From Centroscyllium fabricii (taxonomy: Eukaryota), in NCBI GenBank assembly GCA_051313645.2, contig JBNRSN020000007.1, positions 49,600,001 to 49,664,000 on the forward strand: a stretch of DNA of 64,000 bases, read 5' to 3'. Every line of letters begins with the position of its first letter. The first letter of the stretch is position 1. Of this stretch, positions 1-12,124 are shown piece by piece. The translations under genes were made by a program, and so were the position numbers. The notes below the pieces were generated by a model, which was not told the origin of the DNA, did no database searches, and worked only from the letters and a program-made list of their open reading frames with translations.

Positions 1-270
1 AAATTGATTTGCAACAGAACAAAAATACCATTTTGGTGGGATTGAAATAGTCACTCAATGTTTGCTCTCCATCTTCAGAGTTGAGTGGGGCTGACGGGAT
101 TGGTGGCACCAATGGTCAAGTTGCATACAGATAGGGAGGGAAGTGATTGGTGTGGAACTGGAGTACCTGGAGCAGGCCTGGATTGTTGTGGAGCGGAGGC
201 CAAGCCCGGTAGGAAGGAGAGGCTGGGTAGAGCGAGTAAAGCGGTGGATGATTAATGGGGGGGAGAAATG

Positions 271-274
<4 letters not shown>

Positions 275-332
<58 letters not shown>
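275..332. repeat. (GA)n microsatellite
   Basis: Uninterrupted GA dinucleotide run of about 58 bp. Confidence 0.97.
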
Positions 333-336
<4 letters not shown>

Positions 337-777
337 AGTTGCAAAAAGAGAAAGAGAAGAGGGAGCTAACAAAACAGCCAAAAAATGGTTGAGAATTTGA
401 TCTCCCCAACAATCTGACAAATCCACACCAGTAAGTGAACTTCAAGGCTCCTTACAATTGGAAAGTTAAAATATATATTGAGACTTGTACTTATTGGAAG
501 CAATCAGCGTTTACTTACTTCATGTTGGCTTACAATTCTCTCATTTTGAACCAGCCAATTTCAAACATTTCATCCTGGTTTTCAAATTACTGTAACCTCA
601 CCCCTTCCCAATTTAGTAATCTCCTGCTGCCTCAAGTCCCCGCGTCCTCAGTTTTTCGAACACTGGACTTCTTACCCGTCCCCCCATTTCATCAGCAGCT
701 GCTAGCCATTAGGTCTCTTCCCAGTTCTCAAATTTGCCACTTTTTTTTATTTTCAAAAACCTCCTCATAGCTCTCTG

Positions 778-897
778 ATGTGGAGGTGCTGGTGTTGGAC
801 TGGGGTGGACAAATGTAAGAATTCACACAACACCAGGTTATAGTCCAACAGTTTTATTTGAAATCACAAGCTTTCGGAGCAGCTGCTCCTTCATCAG
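778..897 (-). mobile_element. Penelope-like element terminal (pLTR) fragment with hammerhead core
   Basis: Same sequence recurs at ~35981, ~52576, ~23886 and ~59720. Minus strand reads CTGATGA-A-GGAGC-AGCT-GCTCC-GAAA-GCTT-GTGA. Confidence 0.65.
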
Positions 898-1216
898 CTC
901 TCTTTAGCTGTGCCTTCGATTCTCAATTCTAGTCTCTCCACTTTCCCTTTACCTACCCTCCACCCATCATGTTTGAACAGGCTCAAGGGACCGAATGGCC
1001 TACTGCCTGCTGTTTGGTGACAAAAATCAGGAAAAGATCTGGAATGGACAGTGTGGCATGGCTGTCAGTTAATAGAACACAGGGGAATCAAGTTAAACCA
1101 GATTCTAGCAGGACTTAATACACATTTTAAAACAATGTTAATATCCAGTCTATAAATCGCTACACAAGGAAATTCAAAAGCTCAATAAAAAAATTATCCG
1201 AACAGGTAGACAATAC

Positions 1217-1363
1217 CTCTAGACTTTCATCATTAGCCAGTCCAACCTGCCATTTTGAAAATTCGTTGATCCAATTAAGAACGGTGTTAAGTGGGCAAAC
1301 GATTAAAGCAGTACTGAAGTCCAGCTTCTCAGACAACAGCATGGTGTGCAAGAAGGTCACCAC
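1217..1363 (-). CDS. ATRX: ATRX exon (human exon 18 equivalent), SNF2 motif Ia region
   Basis: 147 bp, ag|...|gt, phase 0-0; VVTFLHTMLLSEKLDFSTALIVCPLNTVLNWINEFSKWQVGLANDESLE. Confidence 0.96.
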
Positions 1364-3091
1364 CTGCAACCAAAACATTAACAACTGCATCTTAGGAGTT
1401 CACTTTCATTCATTATAGTTTTGTCCATTTTCCTTTACAAGCACTTGGTCTAAATGCCCAAAAAGGCAAAGCAGAACATAAAATAAATTAGACTCATGTT
1501 CACTATCCAAGCAAATAATGCTTTAAAATTATTTTTACATAACGAGAACAGTTAGTTTTGAAGCTATTGGTAATAACTTGTAAGTAAAATGACAGACAGT
1601 AAAAGAAAAAACAGCAAAAAGGATGAATTAAAAAATCTAAAATATTAAATACAACTATATATAAAAAAAATCACAAATAATCTAAAAATGGGGCACATTA
1701 TATTCTCTTATTCTTGTGGTACCGCAGTGAAATTGAAGATTTACAAAATGCCAAAATAAAATTAAAAGTTCAAATTCAATTTGACTGGTAGCATTTCTGG
1801 AAGCCCACTTAAGTACACATTAGTTCAATGAACAATTCAACTAAATGCATTCTTCTGCAGAATCCAAAGTCCATTGCCATTAACTCCATGTTATATATTA
1901 AAGTTAAATGTACATTCCCCACTTAAGTTCACAAATTCTCAGTTTTGGTTGGAATGGACAGATCCGAGCTTCATCAGCCCCAGACCCTGTTCAGACAAAC
2001 AACACCGTATTTCACAATTTCAATGCACAGTGATCGCAGTTAATTGCCTACCCGTGGTGTTGAAAAGCCTGGGTGACAGCACATGGCAAGGTGAATTGCA
2101 AAGCTTCTGGACAATTGCTTGAGAAGTGGGTGCGGACACTGACATGCTAATTTAAATGTAGCCCAGGTTACATTTCAGATTGTACAAATCAGCAAAAAGG
2201 TTCTTTCCTGCAAGCTGATCAACTTTAACTTCCTATCAGAAGTTAATTTTATGTGTATTTTACATCATCAACTACACCCCACCCCTACTTTTCACGTCAT
2301 AAACCTAACCTTATACACAACAGATGGTTGGTTCTACATAACTGATGCTGTTCTCTCCTCTTTCTCAGTACAGCACTTCTCTCAGGTGGCAGAGAGGAAT
2401 CACCTTTTCAATAGTGAACCGAGGGTTGTTCCAAATAAACTTGGCTGATTTGCCACAATCCAACAATGTCTTGCCAGTATTTTCTGGGGGGAAAGGTTAA
2501 TGGGGTCTTTCTGCCTTGTCTCTGCTGCTCTATTAAGGAGTCTTTCTTTCCTGCCCCTTCACTGACTCCTCTGACTGATTCTGCTCCTAGTGTACTTGCC
2601 AAATAACAGCTCTCTGGTATCTTGTTTGCCAATTAAAAAGAAATAAGGAATTTTGACTCAGATTTCTTCATCTGAAACTTACGTGCACTGTTCTGCATTT
2701 ATCTACCCTGTATGCAAAAATGAAGCACTTTGTTTCATACCCGTCATGTTTATAAACATCTACCCACTTAAGCAATGCACAATTTGGTTTAGTCCACATT
2801 TCCAGCATGCAAAAATGATGTGTAATAAGTAGGGTTCACTTGAGACTTATTTTGCTTAGCTGCAAGGTGATGTTCACCTGTAGAAATGGTACAACAGAAA
2901 AGCTCCATGCAAAAGCCAGATTGTAAAGCCTTTAAGATACCTTGGACGCACAGCCTAATTAGAAACCTAGATTGTATTAGGAATGTCATTCTTGCGAATT
3001 GGAAAGAAAGAATTTTTTAAAAGTTGAAAGCCATCATACAAATATACCAGCCTCCTTCTAAGTTTAAGCTTTTTGCAGGCTAGACACTCAC

Positions 3092-3201
3092 CTGTAGTGT
3101 CTTCCCAAGTCCCATGCAGTGTGCCAAAATGCACCCAGAGCCTGTCTCTTTTAAGGACTTGCTCACTGACTCACAGCAACAGTCCCACATGAATTGCACA
3201 C
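3092..3201 (-). CDS. ATRX: ATRX exon (exon 17 equivalent), SNF2 motif I / Walker A
   Basis: 110 bp, phase 1-0, donor gtgagt; GVQFMWDCCCESVSKSLKETGSGCILAHCMGLGKTLQ. Confidence 0.97.
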
Positions 3202-4289
3202 CTGCACAAAATGAATATTTATTTTCAATTCAGAAAAAATCTATATCAAATGAAAACAGCAGTTATGTTTTGACTTTGCCTCAGTAACCTATTAAAGTGC
3301 ACTTTTTCCAGTTAGATCTGTAATTCTTATTTTTGATGGGTCACACACACACACACGAGCTCATAAAAAAACTTACCTGTGTTATATATAAAATATTTTT
3401 TTATTTTTTTTAATTCGGCATCTAAAAGTTATAAAAATGCAGCCAAAGACGGAAAGGTGAGTGGAGTCTCCTTTGCACATATGCTGCCTTTTTCTTGATG
3501 GAAGGTGCTGCATGCAGCATGTGTTGATCTCCTGCCCTCTTGGATATTCTATTCAATTCAATTTTATTGTCATTGCAGAGTACTAGTACAATACAACGAA
3601 ATGAAGACTCGCCGCTCCCGAGAGTAGTGCAAATAAGTTACATACAATTGCATACAGTAAAGTACATATAGAATGGGACCAGGTTTCCCTTTTCACAGCT
3701 CTCTTGTACACAGCACAAGGTGTTAGGCAACATTGCAGTGAGGCATTGCAACACCTTTGACTTAAGTACTCCCACCATTAAGATCACACTATCCCCTTTG
3801 CAAAGGCAGCCCAAGAGGAAGTGTGCTCATAAGGGCACTGTCCAAGAGTTCCTCTGTTTTTCCAATCTGTTCTGTTGTGCATGATCATCAGTGTACTTGG
3901 ACAGACAGGAGCTCAGAAACCCTCAAAACTCAGCTCAAGGACTCTTCCTGGTTTTGTCGCCTCACAAAACAATTGCATTCACGGGAGAGGTCAAGCGTGG
4001 AAGTGTGGTGTCCTCACCCAGCAAGCATTCCCCGCACATCTGCCCCACCCTCCCTATCTATAGAACACAGAATGTATGTAATGTTCTTGTCCCTCAGAGC
4101 ATCGTCTTGGTAATGCATTGCAACAGGCGGCCATTTTCCTTTGGTTGTCCCATGATGAGGTCCCAGGACACAGTGGCATCACTCGCATGCGCAGCACAGC
4201 ATACATGCCAACCTCCAACATCAATTTAGCAAATGAAGCACTATTTATCAAATGAGGACCTTTTGCCAAGTGAGGACCAAAAGTGGAGG

Positions 4290-7200
4290 GGGATTAGGAG
4301 AAGGAGAAATAAGCAAGTCCAATGGGCAAGTTCATGGATTAGGAAAAAAAGGGAGGCTTTTGGCAGAAACAAAAGGGCTAAAAACAGTGGAAGCCAGAGA
4401 GGAGTATAGAAAGAGCAGGGGGGCTACTTAAAAAAAATTATGAGAGCGAAGAGGGGGCATGAAAAAACAGCAGTGGGTAAAATAAAGGAAAATCCCCAGG
4501 TGTTTTATAAGTATATCAAGAGCAAGAGGATAACTAGGGAAAGAGTAGGGCCCATTATCACCACCATCACTGGGTCTGTCCTGTCCCACCGGCAGGACAG
4601 ACCCACCAGAGGTGGTGGCACCGTGGTATACAGTCAGGAGGGAGTAGCCCTGGGAGTCCTCAACATTGACTCAGGACCCCCCATGAGGTCTCATGGCATC
4701 AAGTCAAACATGGGCAAGGAAACCTCCTGCTGATTACCACCTACCGCCCTCCCTCAGCTGATGAATCAGTACTCCTCCATGTTGAACATCAATTGAAAGA
4801 AGCACTGAGAGTAGCAAGGGCACAAAATGTCCTCTGGGTGGGAGACTTCAATGCCCATCACCAAGAGTGGCTCGATAGCACCACAACTGACCGAGTCCTA
4901 AAGGACACAGCTGCCAGACTGGGTCTGCGACAGGTGGTGAGGGAACCAACAAGAGGGAATAACCTACTTGATCTCGTCCTCACCAATCTACCTGTTGCAG
5001 ATGCATCGGTCCATGACAGCATTGGTGGAAGTGACCACCGCACAGTCCTTGTGGAGACGAAGTCCCGTCTTCATGTTCAGGATCCCCTCCGCCGTGTTGT
5101 GTGGCACTACCACCATGCTAAATGGGACAGATTTCGAACAGATCTGGCAACTCAAAACTGGGCATCCATGAGGCGCTGTGGGCCATCAGCAGCAGCAGAA
5201 CTGTATTCAACCACAATCTGTAACCTCATGGCCCGGCATATCCCTCACTCTACCATTACCATCAAGCCGGGAGATCAACCCTGGTTTAATGAGGAGTGCA
5301 GGAGAGCATGCCGGGAACAGCACCAGGCATACCGAAAAGAGGTGTCAACCTGGTGAGGCTACAACACACGACTACTTGCATGCCAAACAACAGAAGCAAC
5401 ATGCGATAGACAGAGCTAAGTGATCTCACAACCATCGGATCAAATCAAAGCTCTGCAGTCCTGCCACATCCAGTTGTGAGTGGTGGTGGACAATTAAATA
5501 GTTAACAGGAGGAGGAGGCTCCAAAAATATCCTCATCCTCAATGATGGTGGAGTCCAGCACGTGAGTGCAAAAGACCAGGCTGAAGCATTTGCAACTATC
5601 TTCAGCCAGAAATGCCGAGTGGATGATCCATCTCGGCCTCCTCCCGAGGTCCCCAGCATCACAGATGCCAGTCTTCAGCCCATTCAATTCACTTTGCGTG
5701 ATGTCAAGAAACAGCTGAAGACACTGGACACTGCAAAGGCTATGGGCCCTGACAACATTCCGGCAATAGTACTGAAGACTTGCGCTCCAGAACTAGCTGC
5801 GCCCCTGGCCAAGCTGTTCCAGTACAGCTACAACACTGGCATCTACTCGGCAATGTGGAAAATTGCTCAAGTATGTCCTGTCTACAAAAAGCAGGACAAA
5901 TCCGACCCGGCCAATCACCGTCCCTCAGCAATGTGGAAAATTGCCCAAGTATGTCCTGTCTACAAAAAGCAGGACAAATCCGACCTGGCCAATTACCGTC
6001 CCATCAGTCTACTCTCAATCATCAGCAAAGTGATGGAAGGTGTCGTCGACAGTGCTATCAAGCGGCACTTACTCAGCAATAACCTGCTGACGCCCAGTTT
6101 GGGTTCCGTCAGGGCCACTCAGCTCCTGACCTCATTACAGCCTTGGTTCAAACATGGACAAAAGAGCTGAACTCAAGAGGTGAGGTGAGAGTGACTGCCC
6201 TGGACATCAAGGCAGCATTTGATCGAGTGTGGCATCAAGGAGCCCTAGCAAAGCTGAAGTCAATGGGAATCAAGGGGAAAACTCTCCATTGGTTGGAATC
6301 ATACCGAGCACAAAGGAAGTTGGCTGTGGTTGTTGGAGGTCATTCATCCCAACCACAGGACCTCACTGCAGGAGTTCCTCAGGGCAGTGTCCTAGGCCCA
6401 ACCATCTTCAGCTGTTTTCATTAATGACCTTCCCTCCATCACAAGGTCAGAAGTGGGGATGTTTGCTGATGATTGCACACTGTTCAGCACCATTCGAGAC
6501 TCGTCAGATATGCAGCAAGACCTGGACAACATTCAGACTTGGGCTGACAAGTGGCAAGTAACATTCGCACCACACAAGTGCCAGGCAATGACCATCTCCA
6601 ACAAGCGAGACTCTAACCATCTCCCCTTGACATTCAATGGCATTATCATCGCTGAATCCCCCACTATCAACATACTGGGGGGGGTTACCATTGATCAGAA
6701 ACTGAACTGTACCAGCCATATAAATACTGTGGCTACAAGAGCAGGCCAGAGGCTGGGAATTCTGCGGCGAGTGTCTCACCTCCTGACTCCCCAAAGCCTT
6801 TCCACCATCTACAAGGCACAAGTCAGGAGTGTGATGGAATACTCTCCACTTGCCTGGATGAGTGCAGCTCCAACAACACTCAAGAAGCTCGACACCATTC
6901 AGGATAAAGCAGGCCGCTTGATTGGCACTCCATCCACCACCTTCAACATTCACTCCCTCCACCACCGGCGCACCGTGGCTGCAGTGTGTACCATCTACTA
7001 GATGCACTGCAGCAACTCGCCAAAGCTCCTTCAACAGCACCTTCCAAACCCGCGACCTCTACCACTTAGAAGGACAAGGGCAGCAGATGCATGGGAACAG
7101 CACCACCTACAAGTTCCCCTCCAAGCCACACACCATCCTGACTTGGACCTGTATCGCCGCTCCTTCACGGTCGCTGGGCCAAAATCCTGGAACTCCCTTC

Positions 7201-8950
7201 CTAACAACATTGTGGGTGTACCTACACCATATGGACTGCAGCGGTTCAAGACGACGGCTCACCACCATCTTCTCAAGGGCAATTAGGGATGGGCACTAAA
7301 TGCAGGCCTAGCCAGCCAGTGACGCCCACATCCCATCAATGGATAAAATAAATTTGAAAAAAGTGGCAATGTGTGTGTAGAGCTGGAAGATGTATGTGAG
7401 GTTTCAAATGAATATTTTGCATTTGTGTTCACTATGGAGAAGGACGATGTAGGCATAGAAATCAGGCAGGGGGATTGTGATATACTTGATCATATTAGTA
7501 TTGAGGGGGAGGGGGTACTACTGATTTTAGCAGGCTTAAAAGTGGCAAGAACCCCAGGCCCAGACGAGATGTATCCCAGGCTGCTGCGTGAGGCAAGGGA
7601 GGAGATTGCAGGGGCTCCGACACAAATTTTCACAACCGCTCTGGCCACGGGGGAGGTACTAGAGGACAGCTAACGTAGTACCATTATTCAAGAAGGGTTA
7701 GCAGGGATAAACCAGGGAATTAGAGGCCAGTGATCAGTGGTTGGGAAATTATGGGAAAAAATTCTGAGGGACAGAATTAGTCTCCACTTGGAGAGGCAAG
7801 GTTTAATCAAGGATAGTCAGCATGGCTTTGTTAGGGGGAGATCATGTCTAACCAATTTATTTGAATTTTTCGAGGGGTTGACTAGGTGTGTGGATGAGGG
7901 TAGTGTAGTTGATGTACTCTACATGGACTTCAATAAGGCTTTTGATAAAGTCCCACATGGGAGACTGGTCAAGAAGGTAAGAGCCCATGGGATCCAGGGC
8001 AATTTGGCACATTGGATCCAAAATTGGCTTTAGTGGCAGGATGCAGAGGGTGATGGTCGAAGGTTGTTTGTGTGACTGGAAGCCTGTGTCCAGTCGTGTA
8101 CCGCAGGGATCGGTGCTGGGTCCCTTGCTGTTTGTAGTGTACATTAATGATTTAGATATGAACGCAGGAGTATGATCAGTAAGTTCGCAGATGACACAAA
8201 AATTGGTGGAGTGGTAAATAGCAAGGAGGGAAGCCTCAGGCTACGGGACGATATAGATGGGTTGGTCAGATGGGCAGAACAGTGGCAAATGGAATTTAAT
8301 CCTGAAAAGTGTGAGGTGATGCATTTTGAGAACTAACAGGTAATACACAATGAATGATAAGACCTTAAGAAGCACAGAGGATCAGAGGTACCTTGCTGTG
8401 CATGCACATAGATCCCTGAAGGCAGGACAGGTAGAGAAGATGGTTAAGAAGGCATATGGGATATTTATATTCCATGCCTCAGCTAATGAAGGCAAGAGCA
8501 GGGAGGTTATGATGGAGCTGTACAAAACGCTAGTTAGGCCACAGCTGGAGTACTGTGTGCAGTTCTGTTCGCCACACTATAGGAAGGATGTGATTGCATT
8601 GGAGAGGGTAGAGGAAATTTACCAGGATGTTACCTGGGCTGGAGCGTTTCAGCTATGAAGAAAGACTGGACAGGCTGGGGTTGTCTTCCTTAGACCAGAG
8701 AAGGCTGAGGGGGGACCTGATTGAGATGTACAAAATTATGAGGGGCATAGATAGGGTAGATAGAAATGAACATTTTCCCTTGGTAGAGGGGTCAATAACA
8801 TGGGAGCATAGTTTCAAGGTGAGGGGCGGGAGGTTTAGAGGAGATTTGAGTAAGAACTTTTTCACCCAGAGGATGGTTGGAATCTGGAACTCACTGCCTG
8901 AAAGGGTGGTGGAGGCAGGAACCCTCAACATTCAAGAAGCATTTAGATGA
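4290..8950 (+). mobile_element. Degenerate CR1 LINE ORF2, split by a nested LINE
   Basis: KENPQVFYKYIKSKRITRERVGPI breaks at ~4555 and resumes at ~7361 (SGNVCVELED). It continues with QHGFVRGRSCLTNL, DFNKAFDKVPH and VPQGSVLGP, with frameshifts and stops. Confidence 0.88.
4556..7352 (+). mobile_element. Nested CR1/L2-group LINE (APE endonuclease plus RT), frameshifted
   Basis: Endonuclease motifs VGDFNAHH, LDLVLTN, SDH; RT motifs NYRPISLLS, DIKAAFDRVWH, GVPQGSVLGP, FADD; A-rich 3' end. Confidence 0.9.
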
Positions 8951-9131
8951 GCCGCACCAAGGCCCTGTACAACTGTAGCAACACCTCCTTACTCCTGTAC
9001 TCAGGCTTCCTCTAAAGATGGCCACACATCCGCCCACAATCCTCAGAAGACTGAGCAAGTGCCTTGAGACCAAGCAGGCACCAACAGCGGTAGTGTCATC
9101 ACACATGGCGCTCTAGCTGCTGCAGCAACAT

Positions 9132-9545
9132 TCATAGAAACATAGAAAATAGGTGCAGTAGACCGACCATTCGGTCCTTCGAGCCTGCACCGCCATTTAA
9201 TGCGTTCATGGCTGAACATTCCTGCTTTCACGCCATACCCCTTGATCCCCCTAGTTGTGAGTATTATATCTAACTCCCTTTTGAATATATTTAGCGAACT
9301 GGCCTCAACAACCTTCTGTGGCAGAGAATTCCACAGATTCACCACTCTCTGGGTGAAGAAGTTCCTCCTCATCTCAGTCTTAAATGGCCTCCCCTTTATC
9401 CTTAGACTGTGACCCCTGGTTCTAGTCTTCCCTAACATTGGAAACATTCTGCCCGCATCTAACTTGTCTAAACCAGTCAGGATTTTAAACGTCTCTATTA
9501 GATCCCCCCTCATTCTTCTGAACTCCAGAGGATACAAGTTCAGTT
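9132..9545 (-). mobile_element. CR1 LINE 3' fragment
   Basis: RRMRGDLIETFKIL...FFTQRVVNLWNSLP followed by a (TTTCTATG)n-type tail. Confidence 0.9.
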
Positions 9546-9917
9546 GACCCCTGCACTCAGAGGTTCATGGTCACAATTATCCCAGAAAGCTTATAGCACC
9601 CAATCTTTCCCTTCCACCACAGTTCTCCCTCCCACTCAGAGATACTTTGACACAGCTTCAGGTCAAGAAGATTATTGGCATACGTACACAGTCACCAGGA
9701 GGAAGTGTAGGTGTAGGAATAGATCGCTTGACTTTTCTTTATGCACATAAAATTATGAAAATTGATTTCCCTCTTCGAAGAGATTGGTCCAATCTTTAAG
9801 GTCATTTGAAACTTCAGCTTGACAAAATTAGTTCTTAGTTTGTGTATTATATGTAGATCCATCAACTGAGGCCAAACTAAGTATGTTGGACAACTTTTAA
9901 ATAAAAACTTTACTCAC

Positions 9918-10071
9918 CGTCTACTTGATGGGGTTTCAGTTTTCGCACCAAATTTCTATGGACCTGGACTATGCATTCATTAGTCTCCTTATCTTCATCA
10001 AGGACCAGTTTGGTGGTTATTGGACATTGTATTGGACATTGTATTGGCAATGCATCTTCCAATACTGGGAC
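9918..10071 (-). CDS. ATRX: ATRX exon (exon 16 equivalent)
   Basis: 154 bp, phase 0-1, donor gtgagt, tandem CAGCAG acceptor; VPVLEDALPIQCPIQCPITTKLVLDEDKETNECIVQVHRNLVRKLKPHQVD. Confidence 0.95.
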
Positions 10072-10726
10072 CTGCTGTGAATTTTAAATGAGCAATTGGG
10101 CAATTCTTGAAATTGAGAGAATATATACTGCTGAATTTTGTTCATTTTATACTTCATCATGTGAAAGTTTCAAACAATCTCACGGTAAAATCTATTAAAC
10201 GGAGCAATTTGTAGTAGCAGCAGAATTTGCTTCCTTGGCAATTCTGCTTCTTCCCAGTCACAGAAAAGTTTAATAGCAGACATTCAGCTAGTATTCACTT
10301 TCCGATTTCTTGTTTAAGGGATGAAGGCAGTTGGGTTCCACAAGTCAAGAAATCTTACTCAAAGACAATTTACTCAGTAATGAAACTTACTGGTTGTCAA
10401 GACCACACCACTAAACCTACTATTGTGTGATCAGTAGTGAAATGAAAGAACTTAAGATTTGTGGGTGCAGTAACCTAAAAATAAAAGCCCTAAATATTCA
10501 ATACAACTGCTTTATGGCTTTTATGAAAAACAAAGATGGAATCCAATTGCAAAAATGGTTAATAAAAATTATGCAACCCCTGGCAATAAAAATAAAATTT
10601 GAATTATTCAGTCACCATTAACGTTGCTTGTGAAAATTTATCAATTTAATTTCTAGCATATCTGCTCCTTTAATATATTTTGACATGAACTACAGAATAA
10701 CCAGAAACAAATGAAAATCATATCAC

Positions 10727-10774
10727 CTCTTCAACTGGAACTGTTGCTGCAGGCAGAATTTGACAGGGGATTTC
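10727..10774 (-). CDS. Candidate additional 48-nt in-frame ATRX exon
   Basis: tttaatccag|GAA ATC CCC TGT CAA ATT CTG CCT GCA GCA ACA GTT CCA GTT GAA GAG|gtgata. Phase 0-0, lying between two phase-0 junctions, with no stop. Confidence 0.4.
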
Positions 10775-11310
10775 CTGGATTAAACACACATGAATTATAA
10801 TCTAACCTATATTTCCTCAATTTCACTAAAATAATTATATAGGCATTTGTATAGCATAACTAAATATCTAAAGAAATTCTTTAAAAAATGATCATCTTGC
10901 ACTATAAGGATTTTCCGGCAGTTACAACCAGTCAGAAGTTTCCATACTTCATACCTGGGCATTCAAAGTGGACAATGTCTTTAAATTAAAAACCTCTCAA
11001 ATTGAACCAAATCCTCTGGCACTTGAGAAGAAAGCCAGTGACCTAAGAAGTCCTGTTCTTTTATCATTGATGATTCAGACTTTACTTCTATACCAAATCA
11101 TGAACAGATTTCCTAGCAATATGTTTGGAAGATCAATTCAACCTGAAGGCTCTTCATCTTCACTTTACAAAAAAAACCAATTTTGGCTTGATTTGCAATC
11201 AGCATTTATTTTTAGAGCAACCACACAATTATCTAACATCTTACGATTTTGCTTCTGGTTGTGTTATTTTAACTGCACAAAGAGACAGGCTTGTTGGCCC
11301 ATGTCTTATA

Positions 11311-12124
11311 CAGGTTGAAATTCATTCGTTCAACACCCGAAAAACCGGCAGCTTCAGTCGCTCGGCACAGATTTTCCCGACTGCCCGGCGCATGCGCAGA
11401 CAATTCAAAATGGCCACCGTCGGGGCTGGGCTTCTCTTTCACCTAACATATACTCACTGGATCGCGGCTTAGTGACCACCCCGATGCCGATGGTGAATCC
11501 CAGGCCCAGAAGATGAGCTGTTGTGTCAGCCGCCTTTCGCAGGATGCGATACAGGCAATGCTCGGTGCCCAGCACTGCCGGAGGCTCCTGCCTGGCTGCG
11601 TGCTGACGTCACCGCGTTCCGCAGCTGGCGTGCGGTGGCATCACGTGAGCCGGGCTTGAGCCGTGCATTGGGCCTCAGGCCCGCTGAAGCCGTGCAGGCC
11701 ATTGCGTGCTGACGTCACCGCGTTCCGAAGCTGGCGTGCGGTGGCGTCACGTGAGCTGGGCTTGAGCCGCGCATCGGGCCTCAGGCCTGCTGAAGCCGTG
11801 CAGGCCGCTGCGTGCTGACGTCACCGCGTTCCGAAGTTGGCGTCACGTGAGCCGGGCTTGAGCCGCGCATTGGGCCTCAGGCCCGCTGGAGCCGTGCAAC
11901 CCGCTCCCTGACCCGCAGCAGAATCGAGTGCGAGTTCCACTCGACCCTTGGGCCAAAAATCAACTGCCAGGTACCGGCGAGTGCATGCGCAGAGCATTGA
12001 AAATTTTGCGTCAGCCATTTTGAATGTTCTGCGCATGCGCCGCCGTGACTTCAATAATTCGCCGTTTTCAACAATTCGGCAGGGTGCTGGTCCCGACCCT
12101 GCCGGATTGATGAACTTCAACCTG
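11311..12124 (-). mobile_element. pogo/Tigger-like MITE (family A, copy 1) with internal 106-bp tandem array
   Basis: TA-CAGGTTGAAATTCAT ... ATGAACTTCAACCTG-TA terminal inverted repeats with TA target duplication; arms shared with other copies. Confidence 0.88.
11598..11898. repeat. 106-bp GC-rich tandem repeat, about 3 units
   Basis: Units start at 11598, 11704 and 11810 (GCGTGCTGACGTCACCGCGTTCCG...); the third has an internal deletion. Confidence 0.93.

Noticed and set aside
11598-11898. Possible CRISPR-like array (also 44208-44304)
   Set aside because: Head-to-tail repeats with no unique spacers, in a vertebrate intron with no cas genes.
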